Assembly (NCBI RefSeq): GCF_026210795.1
Contig: NC_089433.1
Coordinates: 3,224,001 to 3,288,000, forward strand
Length of the DNA stretch: 64,000 bases
Source of the DNA: Rhizophagus irregularis
Lineage: Eukaryota
Reading direction: 5' to 3'
The notes under the pieces were generated by a model. That model did not search any database, was not told the origin of the DNA, and saw nothing but the letters and a program-made list of their open reading frames with translations. The translations under genes and the position numbers were made by a program. Positions 13,262 to 27,634 of the stretch are shown here, piece by piece (within the stretch, counting starts at the first letter, position 1; every line of letters starts with the position of its first letter).

Positions 13262-15500
13262 ATGTTTGCTTTAATATTTTTCGCTATTACATTTGGTTTT
13301 ATTATTAATTTCATTCGTAAATTTAATAAAAAAACCTGAAGGTCTTGAGAATATTCCATATATTTCATTTATTTCTTTATTAAAAATATTGTGGGCTTAT
13401 TTCCAACAAAAAAATTACGATGAAGTTGAAGATTTAGTTCAAGAACTTATAGGAGGTCATCATGATATTTATTTGGTAATGTCACATGATACGCTAATTT
13501 TTCTCTTATTTACAATTATATAATTATATTTACTTTTATTAGAGTCAGTTCGGCATTGTTCTCAACAATCCTGAATACGCTAAAATTTTATTAACTGAAT
13601 CAGGTGATTTGTTTTTTTTAATGTTGAAACATAACAAAAACTTTCCTTTAAATAATTAAATTACTTTTTAGAGGATGTTGCTATCAAGTACTATTCAAAA
13701 ACTGATAATGTTTTTTTTGATAAATTTTTCGGATGTGGTTTATCATTAACTAATGGAGACGTGCGTAATCTCGACTTCGATTTTTATAACTTAATTTTGT
13801 TGATTCCTAAGTAAAATCGTTAATACTTAAGTAAAATTAACAGAAATGGAGATCTACTAGAAAATTAGCGGATTCTGCATTAAATCTTGCTTCACATCAA
13901 TATCCAGAGGTTGTTGGTGAAATTACAATGGATCTTTTTACTTTCATGAACCCAAATTTAAATCGACCAATTAATATAATCGAACCTATGCGACGTATTT
14001 CAATTGAAGCATTGGGAAAATTTGCCTTTGGATATAAGTTTGGGGTAAGGGTTGGAAAATATTTTTGTATATTTTTTTTATAATTATTATTTAACTTATT
14101 AAAAAAAATTATTTTAGTGTTTAGAGTCTCAAGAAGTTCCTCGTCTCATAAGTGTTTATGAATATATTGTTTCAGTTCTTGGATCTCCTTTCCGTCGTGT
14201 ATTTCCATGGATAAGTGAATTACCTTTAGAATCTAACAAAAAATACTTGGATGCTATTAAAGAATTTGATGGATTCATTAATGATATTATAGAGACGAAA
14301 AGAAATGAGATGAAGAAAGATTCTTATAATGGTCATGATTTATTAACGAGCATGATAAAACAAGGAGAAATTAATATTGATAAACATCAATTGAGAGATG
14401 AGATAGCGACCTTTTTTACTGCAGGACATGACAGTAAGTAATTTAAAACTGCGCGTTATCTGTTATAGTGCGTATTAGGACATAAAGTTTTTCGGGAACA
14501 GAAAATTATATCCATGAATTACGAAGATCTTTATTTAAAACTTTTTAAAAAATTTTTTTAGCCACTACAACGGCATTGAGTGTTTCGCTTTATTTTCTTG
14601 CAAAATATCCAGTAAGTAGTAGAATTTGCGGTTGATTTTTCAAAATTTACATCTTTTTATTAATCTTTTTGTAATTCAAAATGAATAGGAAATGCAAGAA
14701 AAAGCACGAGCAGAAGTAATCCGTATTCTTGGTAACGAACCAATTATACCAAGTTTAGATCAATTAAAGGTACTATTAAATCATTACAATCATTTATTTG
14801 TTCCCACATTTCACGATTTTATTGTATTTCATCCAAAATCATATATATTAATTATATACTGTATGTCTGTATATAACTATATATATATTAGGAATTGAAA
14901 TATGTCAATGCAATTATTAAAGAAACTTTACGAACCCATCCACCGACACCAATATTAACTGTTAGAAGATTAAAGAAGCCAATTAAGGTTGGCTCCTACA
15001 TTTTACCAATAAACTCTACATGTATGATAAATACTTGGAAAATTCATCGTGATCCAAAATATTGGGAAAATCCTAATCAATACAACCCTGAAAGATTCTT
15101 ATCAAGTGACGAAAAAAGAGACAAATTTGCTTGGATTCCTTTTTCTGCTGGTCCAAGAAATTGGTATATATAGCAAATACTTTTTTTTTTACAAATATAA
15201 AATAATTTTATCATATTTTAAATTTTAAATTTTTCTTAAAACATTTTTATAGTGTCGGACAAAATCTCACTTTATTACAACAAAGAGTTGTTCTTTCAAT
15301 GTTCCGTAAGTAAAGTATATTTGTATTGTTTTATTTTGTTCATAGTTAAGTTATTTAATATCATTTCTATTAAAGTGCTCAGATATAAATGGGTCCTTCC
15401 TGAAAATAACGTTAACAAGGACAAAATATTATTAAGGTCTCATTTTTTACTAACTCCCATTGATATAAAACTTGTGTTTACTGAAAGAATTAATGAATAA
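13262..15500 (+). CDS. Cytochrome P450 (CYP3/CYP4-clan-like), multi-exon; N-terminal frameshift as assembled
   Basis: I-helix FFTAGHDT, ExxR (KETLR), PERF, heme motif FSAGPRNC|VGQN across an intron, stop 15498-15500. The ATG at 13262 (MFALIFFAITFGFII) runs into TGA at 13337 unless one base is removed, e.g. from the A7 run at 13328-13334. Confidence 0.85.
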
Positions 15501-16659
15501 GTTATTAGGATTATTCTCAGAGATGATAATTATGTATAATTTTGTAAAAATGAATCTAGTTATCCACTTGCCTCAACATACACAATTATCTTTGTTGAAC
15601 CTTGATGCAATAACAATACTACTTTAAAGAGTCGAATTTGAAGAGCAATAATTTCATTTATTATTTATTTATTTTATTTATTTTAAATTTTCTTGTAATA
15701 CTATCTATATTCGATTTACATAAATTTTATTATTATAATTGACTCTTTAAGAGTGAAAGGTCATTTTAACTTGAGTCTTCTATAAAAACTTAATTATAAG
15801 ACAAATTTTGGGCAGTAGTTTACATTATGGCTTTGTTTACCTGAAGGCCAATTGAAATTAATTTAGTAGGACGTCTTTGACCCTTGAAACAATGTAAAAA
15901 TTATTAAAATTATTAAAATAAATTTGGCTCAATTCTTCTTTTCAATAATCAAGGCCAATACTAATCGAAAAAAAATATGATAAGCCTTTTCGGTCATTAA
16001 ACCATACATATTCTATTAATTTTTAGATATCTGATAAATGTTCCTTTGCTGAAAAAATGTCATTTTTAATGAATTACAACAATATTGGAAACAGTAATTA
16101 ATATGTATTTTTATTAAGTCAACAAAAATTTATCTTCAATTTTCTCGAATTTTCTAAAGTATTATAATAATCGTGTTGTAACGGGCTTTAATTTTCTCAA
16201 AAAGTGGAGAATTTTTTTTGATTAGCGGGTTAGGTATTAGAGTCTAAAAAAAAGATCTGCAAATATCCAATCATGTGATTAATGAAATTTAATTATTGTA
16301 CAGTACAGGGAGGCGATGTATTCAATCCGATGGATAATCTGATCAATCCGTAATCCGCATTTTTACGGATATACACAGTATGATCTCATTTATCTTTTAT
16401 GTCTACTTTTTTCCTACATCCATTTTGGTCAAATGTCCTCACCAGGTTTCACGGCTTCCTACAAAATCAAGTTTCGTGAAATTTCCAGAAAAACGAAATA
16501 TAACTAACACTTTGCAAGTTCATAGTAGGATTTAGCGGAAATGTAACTCGAAACGTATTCCATACACGGGCGAACGTATTAAATTAAATTATTATTATAG
16601 ATTTACATGGTGCTTTTGTAGACCATACAGTTGGATTAACAGCAGAAAAAATATTTGAT

Positions 16660-16960
16660 ATGTAGACCAAATCAAACCATATCCCATTGGCCTAAATTAG
16701 ATGTTCATCGTTGATATGATAGCCTTAAGGCATTATTAGAATGGGTCGATAATTTAGATGATTTGGAACATGGTAGAGTTTGGTCTACAACAGTTGCAAT
16801 TTCTTCGATTTTAATATGAAATAAAGATATAATGTGAAAATTACGCACAATCCTAATGAGCATGTAATAATATCCCATGTTTACTAATGGGCGCCCGTGA
16901 TTTTTCATAGAAATATCAGGTGTATTTCATTTTACAAAAGATCACTTACTCTAATGAAAA
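16660..16960 (+). pseudogene. Decayed coding fragment of unknown family
   Basis: One frame reads SHWPKLDVHR*YDSLKALLEWVDNLDDLEHGRVWSTTVAISSILI*NKDIM*KLRT..., protein-like but broken by TGA/TAA stops. Confidence 0.3.
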
Positions 16961-17191
16961 CAGATATCATAATGTGCTTTTGAGACATTTTATAACTTTT
17001 AGTTACTGAAAAATCTGTTTTAAACTTGGATAAAGGAAAAATAATAAGACATAAGAAAAAATAGTAATAATTAAAATAACTATAAAATAGTCTACTTTTT
17101 TATCACGGGCGTTAGTTCAAAACGTGTCGCATGAATATCATGATTTTTACGGCGCAGCCGTGAAAATCATTGATAATCCACGATTGACTAT

Positions 17192-17704
17192 GATAAATTA
17201 TAATTAACAAAATGGAGACAAATTTAGATTGTAACACTAAAAATTTTAGCAAAATACCAAATCTATTTATTTTATAATATGACGAATTTAGAATGTCATC
17301 AATAAATAATAAATTTATGATAAACTATCTCTATTATATCTCCGATAAATTAAAATTACAATAATAATCAAATGGAGACAAATTTAGTTTGTAACACTAA
17401 AAATTTTACAAATCTATTTATTTTATAATATGACGATAATCTCTATTATATCTCCGATAAATTAAAATTACAATAATAATCAAATGGAGACAAATTTAGT
17501 TTGTAACACTAAAAATTTTACAAATCTATTTATTTTATAATATGACGATAAACTATCTCTATTATATCTCCGATAAATTATAATTAACAAAATGGAGACA
17601 AATTTAGTTTGTAACACTAAAAATTTTAGCAAAATACCAAATCTATTTATTTCATAATATGACGAATTTAGAATGTCATCAATAAATAATAAATTTATGA
17701 TAAA
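17192..17704. repeat. Complex tandem repeat, four units of about 110-160 bp
   Basis: AAATGGAGACAAATTTAGWTTGTAACACTAAAAATTTTA at about 17210, 17370, 17482 and 17590. Confidence 0.85.
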
Positions 17705-17740
17705 CTAGCTGTAGCCCGTCGCGCTGCGCCGGACGGATGA
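17705..17740 (-). mobile_element. Helitron-like 3' terminus (GC hairpin followed by CTAG)
   Basis: Minus strand reads CCGTC-CGGCGCAGCGC-GACGG GCTACAG CTAG|T, a GC-rich hairpin a few nt before a terminal CTAG followed by T, in otherwise AT-rich DNA. Confidence 0.6.
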
Positions 17741-18120
17741 ATAAGCCAATCAGCATTTAGATTTTGAGGAGTTGACATCTTTGTTCTCTCAGTGCTGCAG
17801 CGAAGGCGTGTTTTAGGTTTTTAATTTCTTTTTTACTATTTATTTTATTTTATTTCTATTTCATCTTTTTGCTTTACCTTCAACTTTGTAATTCTGGCCG
17901 GAATTATGTGATCGTTGGAAAATATTCCCTCTACTGTGTATCAACTAGCTCTAGATAATTTAATATAAATGAGATCATACTGTGTATCAACTAGCTCTAG
18001 ATAATTTAATTTAAATGATGAAAATCTCTATCTATAAAAAGATAAAAAGTCAACAGCAATTAAAATAACCACAATTCTTAAACTTTGAATATACGAAATT
18101 GTTTTTTTTTTCTCTTAAAA

Positions 18121-19985
18121 ATGTATCAAGCGATCATTTTGGGATCCCTTCTGTTTATAACGCTTTACATTTTAAAGCGTAAGCGTGAACCAGAATTGGT
18201 AAGATAATTGATTTAAACAGAATTTTATCGCTTTTTCTCCTTTTTCTCAATTTTATTTTATTTTATTTTCTTAGACCATGCCGCCACTTGTTTCTTACAA
18301 ATTCCCAATTATTGGCCATACTTTTGATTTTTTTTTAAATCCCGAAAAATTTCTTAAACAATGTAGAGAAGAAGTTCGTATATCAACGAATTTTTTTTTT
18401 TTTTTGGCGTAAAAATTCAATTAACGTTAATTATTAATTATATATAATAGTATGGTGATATCTTTTGTCTATATATATGGGGTCAAGTGAGAGTATTTGT
18501 TGGTATAGAGATTGCTCGTATTTTTTTTTGCATAAATATAAAATATTTTATATATTCTAATTTATAAATTCTTTTTAATTACTGCACAAACTTGTAGGAA
18601 AAGAACATTTTGGTGAAGTATATTCAAGAGATGATGTGTTTGATGTTTTAAAAGCATTCAACAAACGATTTCCGATAGATGTATTATGTCCAGATTTGCT
18701 GAAAGTTTCACCAGTTGCACCAAAAACACTTAAAGACACGATCTTTAGCAAATTAAAACTTTATTCTGATCGTATGCAAAAAAGGGTTTATTTATCAACT
18801 CAAAAACATTTTGGAGATTGTGATGAATCAAAAATTTTTTATAATCTATTTGAAATTGTAACAAAAATTATTTCTGATCCTATTGCAAATATTATTATTG
18901 GTGAAGTAAGTATAGATACTTTTTTTTTTATGATACTAGTTAATTTTGAAAGAAAAAAGTTTTAAAAGAAAATTACTTCTTTTATAGGAGGAATCACAAC
19001 ATGAAGAAGTTTTAAATTCATTTGCAAACTTTATAATAGATAGCATGATATTTTTAACTATTCCACCATTTCTTGATATAATTTATCCAGGACTTCAAGA
19101 ATATGTTAATCGTATTCAGATAAGATTAGGATTATATAATCCAGCAGTTAAACATCGAAAACCACTCCTTAAACATATAGAAAAGCAAGTATGTAAACGT
19201 TTACAAGAGAAAGAAAAATATGGTGACTCTTGGAAACGTCCTGATGATCATCTTCAAGATCTAATGGAAGAACATGATCCTAATAATATTAGTTGTCCGT
19301 ATCTTTTAGACAGAATATATCTAATCATTTTTGCATCAATTCATACAACGGCAATAGCCATTACAAATGTTATTTTAAGTTTAGCATCAAGACCCGAGTA
19401 CATGCAAGAATTATATGAAGAACAATTAAAAGTTCATAAAGAAACGAATGTAAATGGTATAATTCCATTTGAAGCTCTTAGTGATATGAAAAAATTAGAT
19501 AGTTTTATTAGAGAAACATTAAGATTAAGTGTAAATGTTGCGGGAATTGACCATCTCGTAAAGAAAGATTATACGTTCTCTAATGGATTGCAAATACCAA
19601 AAAATTGTATAACTAGTATTTATATTGATGATGTTTATCGAGATGAACCAAAATCATTTGAACCATTCAGACATTTAGATATAAATGTAGCATCAAAAGT
19701 CACTAAAAATTTTTTGACATTTGGAAATGGTAAACACACGTGAGTATATTTATGTATATATGTATTGTAGTACAGTAAGTCAACAACTCAGTTATTATTA
19801 AATTATTTAGATGCCCTGGAAGACAACTTGCTGTAAATAATATTAAATTTTTTATGCATAACGTTATCTTAAAATATAATTTTCGTACAGTAAGTAGTAA
19901 AATTGAAGAAAGCAGAGGAACGGGTTTTACGGCATTACCAGTTGAAACAAGTACTGCTGGTGTGATTTTTGAAAAGAGGGTTTAA
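18121..19985 (+). CDS. Cytochrome P450, paralogue of 8702-10569, six exons
   Basis: ATG 18121 (MYQAIILGSLLFITLYILKR), same intron positions as the minus-strand P450, FASIHTT, IRETLR, FGNGKHT|CPGR, stop TAA 19983-19985. Confidence 0.92.
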
Positions 19986-21970
19986 GTTAAATTTTATGCA
20001 AACTAAAATCCATTTTATTTTGCAAATTCTACTATGATACTTAACAAATTATCAATAATTTTTATTTATATATAAATTAATATATAAACTTCTTAATAAA
20101 TTTTTAAAATTTTAGTTTTATGCACCAGAAAATTTCTGTAAAGCTCAAAATATTGCTTAATTTGAGATAAACTAAAATCCATTTTATTTTGCAAAATCTT
20201 CTATTATACTCAACAATAATTTTGTAAATAACAGATAATATTACTTGAGATTTATGTTATCACGTGATCATAAATGATCGACAAATTTATTATTTTCAGT
20301 TTTACTATCTACATGAAACTCTAGTTTAGATACCCTATATGTTAATTATGACTTTAGTTAAAACTTGTTGTATTTATATTCTTAATCAATGATTATTTTT
20401 ATTTTTTTGTGATTTGATTTTTTCTATTTTTTTCTTAAAGGTTGATTTTGAGTTTTGGACGAAACTTCAAGCCATTCCAATGAATCTTGATGATCTTTAT
20501 AACAACTTTTGCAAAGCTTATGATTGTGCTTGTTTTTACTTTTACAACCATAAATGTTGCAATATGAATTATAATCCAAAAAAGTGCAAGTAACGTGTTC
20601 ACATCAGAATACAATCCGAATTTAAATAGCAATTACTACTTCAATTAATGCTTAGTACTTTAAGTTGCTTTGGAAGTATTGTATATGTGATATAAATAGC
20701 GACTTTAATAAGAATATATCAATATCTTATATGGAAATCTCTTTTATTTGCATCAATAATATTTTAAACAAAATAAAATTATTTGCATTTTGTAAAAAAT
20801 ATTGTATTATAAGTATTATTAAATAGTAATTAATAAGTCAATACTATTAAATAATCTGATGCTCTCTTAAAATTTATTTATTGATACGTATTACTATTGC
20901 GATGCTTTATAATAAGTATCAAGTGTTTTAATTATTAATATCTTATTTGTCTAATTTATAAATTCATTATTATTGTTCAAGCGTTTATTTCTTTTTTTTG
21001 AGACGCGGATAAGTAAATGGTAATGATCTTTTATCGAATTTGTTGATGTAATCATTTAATTTCAAAAAATTTTTATGATTAACGAGAAATTCATTTTCTA
21101 ATTTCAAGTATTCATTTTTTAAATCTGGCTTACTTTTAGGTCAAGTTTGCTAAAACTAATTGTAGTTTTCAGATTATTAAAAAATCTTTCTAAAGATTTA
21201 ATGGCGTTATAGAATTCAAATCTAAAATCGGATTCCATATAAAGTTCACAATTTTTGTCAATAATGTGTTTCTCAAGATTATCTTTATCAATTGATAATT
21301 TGTCATAACAAAATATACAAAAGTCATGAAAGTGTTGTGGGTATCGGCATATAATTAACCGCAACCCATGATCATAACTATAATAAATCCAGTAAAATTG
21401 ATTTTATATCTGTGATTTTTAGCTATGTGATATGACAAATAAATATGTATAAAGTCTAATTACTATTTACTAGTAAGAAGTGAATTTATTAATTAATATG
21501 GTTTTTAACAGATTATGATGCTATTAATTGTTCAAAGAGACTAATGTTGATGATCAAATTTCGAAAATTCAAGAAGGATTTTGATAAAAGCGGCAATTTT
21601 ATTAATAACAAAATAATTAATATATTAATAGTGAAAGCAAGCATAATAATCATCGCGATTTTAAATAATTGCTGATCAATGTATTGATTAACGTTTTTAT
21701 TAATTAGGCGTTGATTAATGCAAAATAGAGTTGTTCAACTAACGCTACATGAATCAATGTAATCAACATTAACCTGGATCAACGTAATCATGTGACTAGA
21801 ACAATGACTGGATTAACGTGATAAGATTAGTATAGTTTTATGTCTTGCGATAATAAATCTTCGTTTTATTGATCATAAACAATACATATTTTGCATACAA
21901 TACAAACTATTATTACATAAATATTTTCGCTATAATACTTTTACTTTATACAAATAATGAAATGTAATTA

Positions 21971-24111
21971 TTATTCACTACCCTTATCGCTATCAGTATT
22001 CTCAATATTGTCATTTTCTTCTAAATAATACCTCATTTCATCTTCATTATTGTAATTTTCATTTTCAACATCATTTAAATCAATCTCCTGATCGTTAAAA
22101 AATTCTATATCACGTTCATCATTATCAGCACAATTAATTGTATTATTTTCCGAAGGTTCTTTACCTTCAAGCTAATTTAATATATATGTATAATTATTAT
22201 TAAATTTAAAAGTATCAAATTGAATAAAAAAAATTACCCATTTCTGTACAATTGGATTAGAATCCCATTGGTTCATTCGCTCCTGTACTTTTGAGGATAA
22301 AATTTCAATTGATCGTAAGTTAGATCTAAAAACATTAATGCTACTATAACACCAAATTTAACATTATTTTCGTTTTGTAACTCTTCTTTATTAAAAGCTC
22401 TTTGTAAGATAACTTCAATAATACATGGTGATTTTTGATCGCTATCGTCTATCTTCTTCCAAAGATCGTGCCTTGCTTTTATAATTCTTTCAGACTTTTT
22501 CCACTGTACAATCTCTGTAGGGCTAGCAAACTGATCAAGCTTGTAAGAAAACAAATTAAAGATGTTATAAATAGCATCTTTTATTTTTCGAACATAAAAA
22601 CTCCTATGGTTTCGAAAATATTCTAACATCTAGTATATATAGATAAATAAATTCAAAAGGTCAGATACTCTTATATTATTATATAATAAATGAAATAAAA
22701 CTAATAGACGAAATAAAAAACATACAATTGAATGCATAGCCTTCCACAAATTATTCCATTCATTTGAATTGACAAGCTCCTGCATCTTCTGAGGGAAATC
22801 CGCTTGAACTTGTAATTTAAAAGCCTGTTCAACTTCTGTATCTGATGGGTTCTTGTTTACTTGAAACAATTTATGGCAAGCTGTTGTCATCGGAGCCTAT
22901 CAATGTAGATGAGTTAAATTATTAAAGGTTAACGTTAACAAAAAATTTCAATTGAAAGTCCATTTCGATACTAACATCCCACCACATGTGCTTCGTATCT
23001 CTTCTTTTCAAATATTGTTTTGTTTGTTGAGTCATCATAGTTGGTCCTGATGTTAAGGTTGTAAGAATATTTTGCAAAAGTTTTTAATTCTCAAGAACTT
23101 CACGTTTTAATTCCTCATTACTCTTTTGCAAATTATCAATTGTTATACGTTGCGCCAGCTGCTCTTCAAGTACCTTTTCAAGAGTAGATTGAATGCTTGA
23201 ATTAAGTTTGAAATCTAATTAGTAATACAAGAAGAAAAAAAAATTAATATTATAATTTTAACGTCATAATTTGCATACGATAATAATTGCTAAAAAAACT
23301 TACGTTTTGTTAATAAATTGTTCTGTCCTGATTCTTCTGGTTTCTTACGCTTGATACCTTTATTTCAAATTATTCATCATGTTAGAAAATTAGAAAATTT
23401 TATAAAATAAAATAATAAAATTAGAAAAATAGAAATTAAAGGTGATATTTACTTGATATTCCTGATTTGATAGCTTCGGATGTAGATGATGGCAATAGGG
23501 AATTAGAAATGCCTTTTACTGATTCTGATAAAACAAATCTCGTAGATTGATGTTGAGATTTGTCTGATACTGATCGGCTTTCTGTTATTCTTGCAGATGG
23601 TTTGGCTGAACTAACGTGAGTACTACCTGTATTAAATTCAATTGGATTATGTAATTCCAATTGTTCATTTGACCTTTGAATCTGTTATTAAATAATATTT
23701 TAGTAATAAATAATAAGGTAAATAAACTAGCAAAAAACATACTGGTTTTTTAGTGTTAGTTAAATTAACTTCAACATCTGGTAGTTGTATATATGGAAGT
23801 GGCAAATTTTGTGGTATCGTATTCTGCGATGTGGATGTTTGTGTAGATACAACACCATCCTTCTGTTTTTTAGTGATAACATTAGAGTTCCTAGTCTGTA
23901 ATTTAAAGATAAACAATATTAAATAAATATATAATTTATCACAAATAATTTTAATAAAGTTTACCGTAGATAGGCGAGATGATTTTTTAGTTGAAGACTT
24001 GTTAAACATGTCTCTAAGAGATAAAGGTGATTCAGAAGTAGGTTTATCCACTATACTGGTAGTATTATCAGTTTTTTTCTTTCTACCGCGTCGTAAATTT
24101 GGAGATGTCAT
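21971..24111 (-). pseudogene. Multi-exon accessory (TnpA-like) gene divergent from the Plavaka transposase
   Basis: Starts MTSPNLRRGRKKK (NLS-like), then S/T-rich region, coiled-coil segment, helical domain (KLFQVNKNPSD..., MLEYFRNHRSFYVRKIKDAI) and acidic tail; GT-AG introns; internal stops (e.g. 23665, 22273). Confidence 0.6.
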
Positions 24112-24517
24112 TATAAAGTTTCTATTAATTATTAAATTATTAAAAATATTGTTACTTTTCTTTTTTTTTTACTTTAAATTGAAAAAAGAAAAAGAAAAAA
24201 AAATGTAAGACGTGTAAAATATTTAAGTATTTATACAATTGATCATCAGTTCATCAATAAATTAATAATTATAATTTTCTGACAAATTTAGAAAATAAAA
24301 CAATTACAACAATCATTACGTACATTTTGTTATATTCAATAAAACTTAAAGTGTATTGTTACATTTTACCTTTTACACCATAGTGTATTGTCGCAATTTA
24401 CTATTTACTCCACGGTATACTGTCACATTTTACTTTTTACACCCATTAATAGTTTTCTGCTTCTAATTAATAATTATAATCAATATTGTAGTTCGAAAAT
24501 TTTTAACTTAATAGAAA

Positions 24518-27500
24518 ATGTTTACTTGCCCATTTCAACAATGTCAAAGAACCTTTTCACGTCGACCTGCACTTCGTGAACATACAAAAACACATCAAGG
24601 TCAGGCCTATTGGGAAATATTAAACAGAATTACGGAAAATTCTCATAATATTGTGGAAGATATAAGAGTTGATTATTCTGACGAAAATATAACATTTGAG
24701 ATGGTATTTTTTTAAAAATTTTTTATTTGTGATGTATTTTTTTTTTTTTGATATGATCACAAATGTAATGTAACTTATATTAATTATTTGTACAACGATT
24801 TAATATTATAAAAGGAAGATGAACATGAAGATAATTTTACCGTAAACGAAATTTATGCCATAGATGAACATGATGTAGATGAATATGATGTAGATGAACG
24901 TGATGTAGATAATACTAACGAAATATTAGAATTTGAAGTTGAAGAAGAACCCAATTTTGAACATATCAACAATTATATCTTACGGATTCCTGAAATAACC
25001 TATCAAATAACTTCAATTGATACAAGATCCGTTTCAGATCATAGTGTTCCTCAATTTCCTGATACTGCTTATGCTGAATTTATGAAACTTGTATCAACAC
25101 ATCACTTTTCTAATTCAGCTGGAAACGATATATTAAAGTGGTTTCGAAGACATTATCTCTGAGAAAATGTAATTTTACCAGCAAATACTACACAAGGACG
25201 TGAGTTTGTTAATTCTATGAATATAGAACATTTATTATATCTCAAAACAAAAATATTAGAATATGAAAATGAAGAGTATTATCTTCATCATCGTCCCATT
25301 TTTGATGCTGTTAAAGAACTTTTATCCAATGCTGATATTCTGAAACACTGTCAATGGGATTTTTTACCAGAATATATTGTTAATAATGATGATGGTCATC
25401 ATGAACGTGTATATGGAGAACAATGGTCTGGGATGTGGTGGGAACGTATCCAAAATTTACTTGGAACGAGTGTGAAAAAGGTTTTATCCATAATTTTATA
25501 TTCTGATGCCATCACACTGGACCATCTTGGTAAAAGTTCAGAACATCCTGTTTATTTATCATTGGAAAATATTCCCAATTGGCGTAGAAATAAATGTGAT
25601 GCAAAAGCTTTGCTGGGTTTTTTACCTAAATTAAAACAAATTCACAATCGCAAAGATAATAAAAAAAGTTTTGCATCTGCTAAAAGAATGTTATATCAAC
25701 ATTGTTTTGATATCATGACAAAACCAATCTATGAAAAGTTAGAAAGTGGCTTGGACATCGTAACTGATAATCAAATAATTTGGGCTTTTCCGTTCCTTTC
25801 TGAATTCATAGGTGATCTACCTGAAGATGCTGCATTGACTTTAACTTACAATTCTTCTATATGCAAGCGTCCATGTCATATTTGCACTATCACAATTGAT
25901 GAGTTGAATAAACCTGATTTATCACATTCTCAAATAGAATTGCGAACACCCAATAATATGCAATTTATTCTGGATGCTAATATTTGTCATGAATATTCTA
26001 TTCATCCAACAAAAAATATTTTCTGGAAGTTTCGGTAAGCAATGATGCATTTGATTAATTAATATAAATAAATAAACTAAGTTTTTTTTTTTTGATAGTG
26101 AATTAAACATTTATAGTGCTGCGGTACCAGATCGCATGCACCATTGCGATCTGGGTTTATTTAATTATCAAGTTAATTTTACTCTCAAATATATTCAATT
26201 GCATTGTGGTGAAGAAGGAATTGATGAATTTAATAGACGTTTAGCAGAAATACCACATTTTTCCGGACTCAAATCCTTTAAACATGGTCTTGGTAATATT
26301 GCACGTTTCACAGCAGCAGAATTTCGAAATATGATGAAGCAATTAATTTTCGTTATTGACGGCTTAATTATTGCAAAATATAAGTCAAATTTAAACCAAA
26401 ATCAAGTGAAACAATGTGATAAAAAACTTGTTGATTTATTTTTATCATGGAATAAGATGTATATTTTTAGTCGTAAAGATACCTTTACAGACTCAGAACT
26501 TAATAATTTTCAGGTAAATTTATAATTTTTTAAAGTAATTTTTGAACATGAATATATTATATATGTCTAACTTTAATTTATTATAGGAAATGATTACTGA
26601 CTGGGCAAAAAAATTTCTTGCCTTATTTGCACCAATTGTAGATACTGAAATGAGATATCCAAAATTACACAATTGGTGTTACCATATTGTTACTTCTGTA
26701 CGAGAATATGGAGCAATAAATGGTTTCTCAACTGATACTTATGAATCTTTGCACAAATATTGTGTCAAAATTCCTTACAGAATGAGTAATCGTCGGGATG
26801 CAATTTCACAAATAGTCAAAATGGTATAGTTAATTTTTTAATAGTACATTATGAATTATTATAAATTATTATTATTAATAATTATTTTAAATAATATTAG
26901 GTACGACATGATAGTATTCTTAAATATCTTCAAAGGATAACATCACCTTCACCTTTTATTAAACATCGTCATCGTAGTAGTTCTGTATTAGGAGGATTTG
27001 AAGATAGTTTCGTATTATCTGATTTTAACAAGTTTGTTAATGAATATAAGACTAAACATTTTTTGGCATTTGAAGCTGAGAAGGCATTTGATGTATTAAT
27101 TGATTCTTTAAATCAATATTTCGATATGATTCAAGATATTACTGAAGATGATGTTGAAGCAACCATTATAAAATGGTATACTAATGCATTTATTGGAGGA
27201 ACTGATACTATACGAGCTAAAAGCAACTATTATAATTTACCTGCTTTTAGTAGTATTGCAATTAATATGGATGAAAGAGAAGCTGAAACATATAATACAT
27301 TTAATGGATTATGTTTCGCTAAAGTAAGTTCAAGCTTTATTATTTTGTTTGTTTATTTCTTATTATCAAAAAACTAAATTAATTTTATATAAAATAAAGC
27401 TTTTAATGCTATTTAGCTTAAAAATTCCCGGTCATGAAGAGTAAGAATTAGCACTTATTCAATGGTACGATTTTAAAAATAATAATTCACATAAACTGCT

Positions 27501-27634
27501 TAAATATGATTGCCCGTATATGAAGAGTATTTCAACATTTACCGTTATAGCAGTAGATTCTATTGTTGAACAAGTTCATATTATTCCTCAGTTTGGTAAA
27601 TCTAATGAGTATTTTATAAATTTATTTATGTTTT
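24518..27634 (+). pseudogene. Plavaka-type (CMC superfamily) transposase with N-terminal C2H2 zinc finger
   Basis: C-x4-C-x12-H-x3-H finger (CPFQQC...HTKTH); Plavaka core ERVYGEQWSGMWWERIQ, ILYSDAITLDHLGKSSEHPVYLSLENIPNWRRN, GDLPE, PCHIC, VPDRMHHCDLG, PKLH..YGAINGFSTDTYESLHK. In-frame stops at about 25160 (TGA) and 27442 (TAA). Confidence 0.85.

Noticed and set aside
20430..21400. Short protein-like fragments (VDFEFWTKLQAIP... on +; YDKLSIDKDNLEKH... on -)
   Set aside because: Broken by stops and not assignable to any family I recognise.
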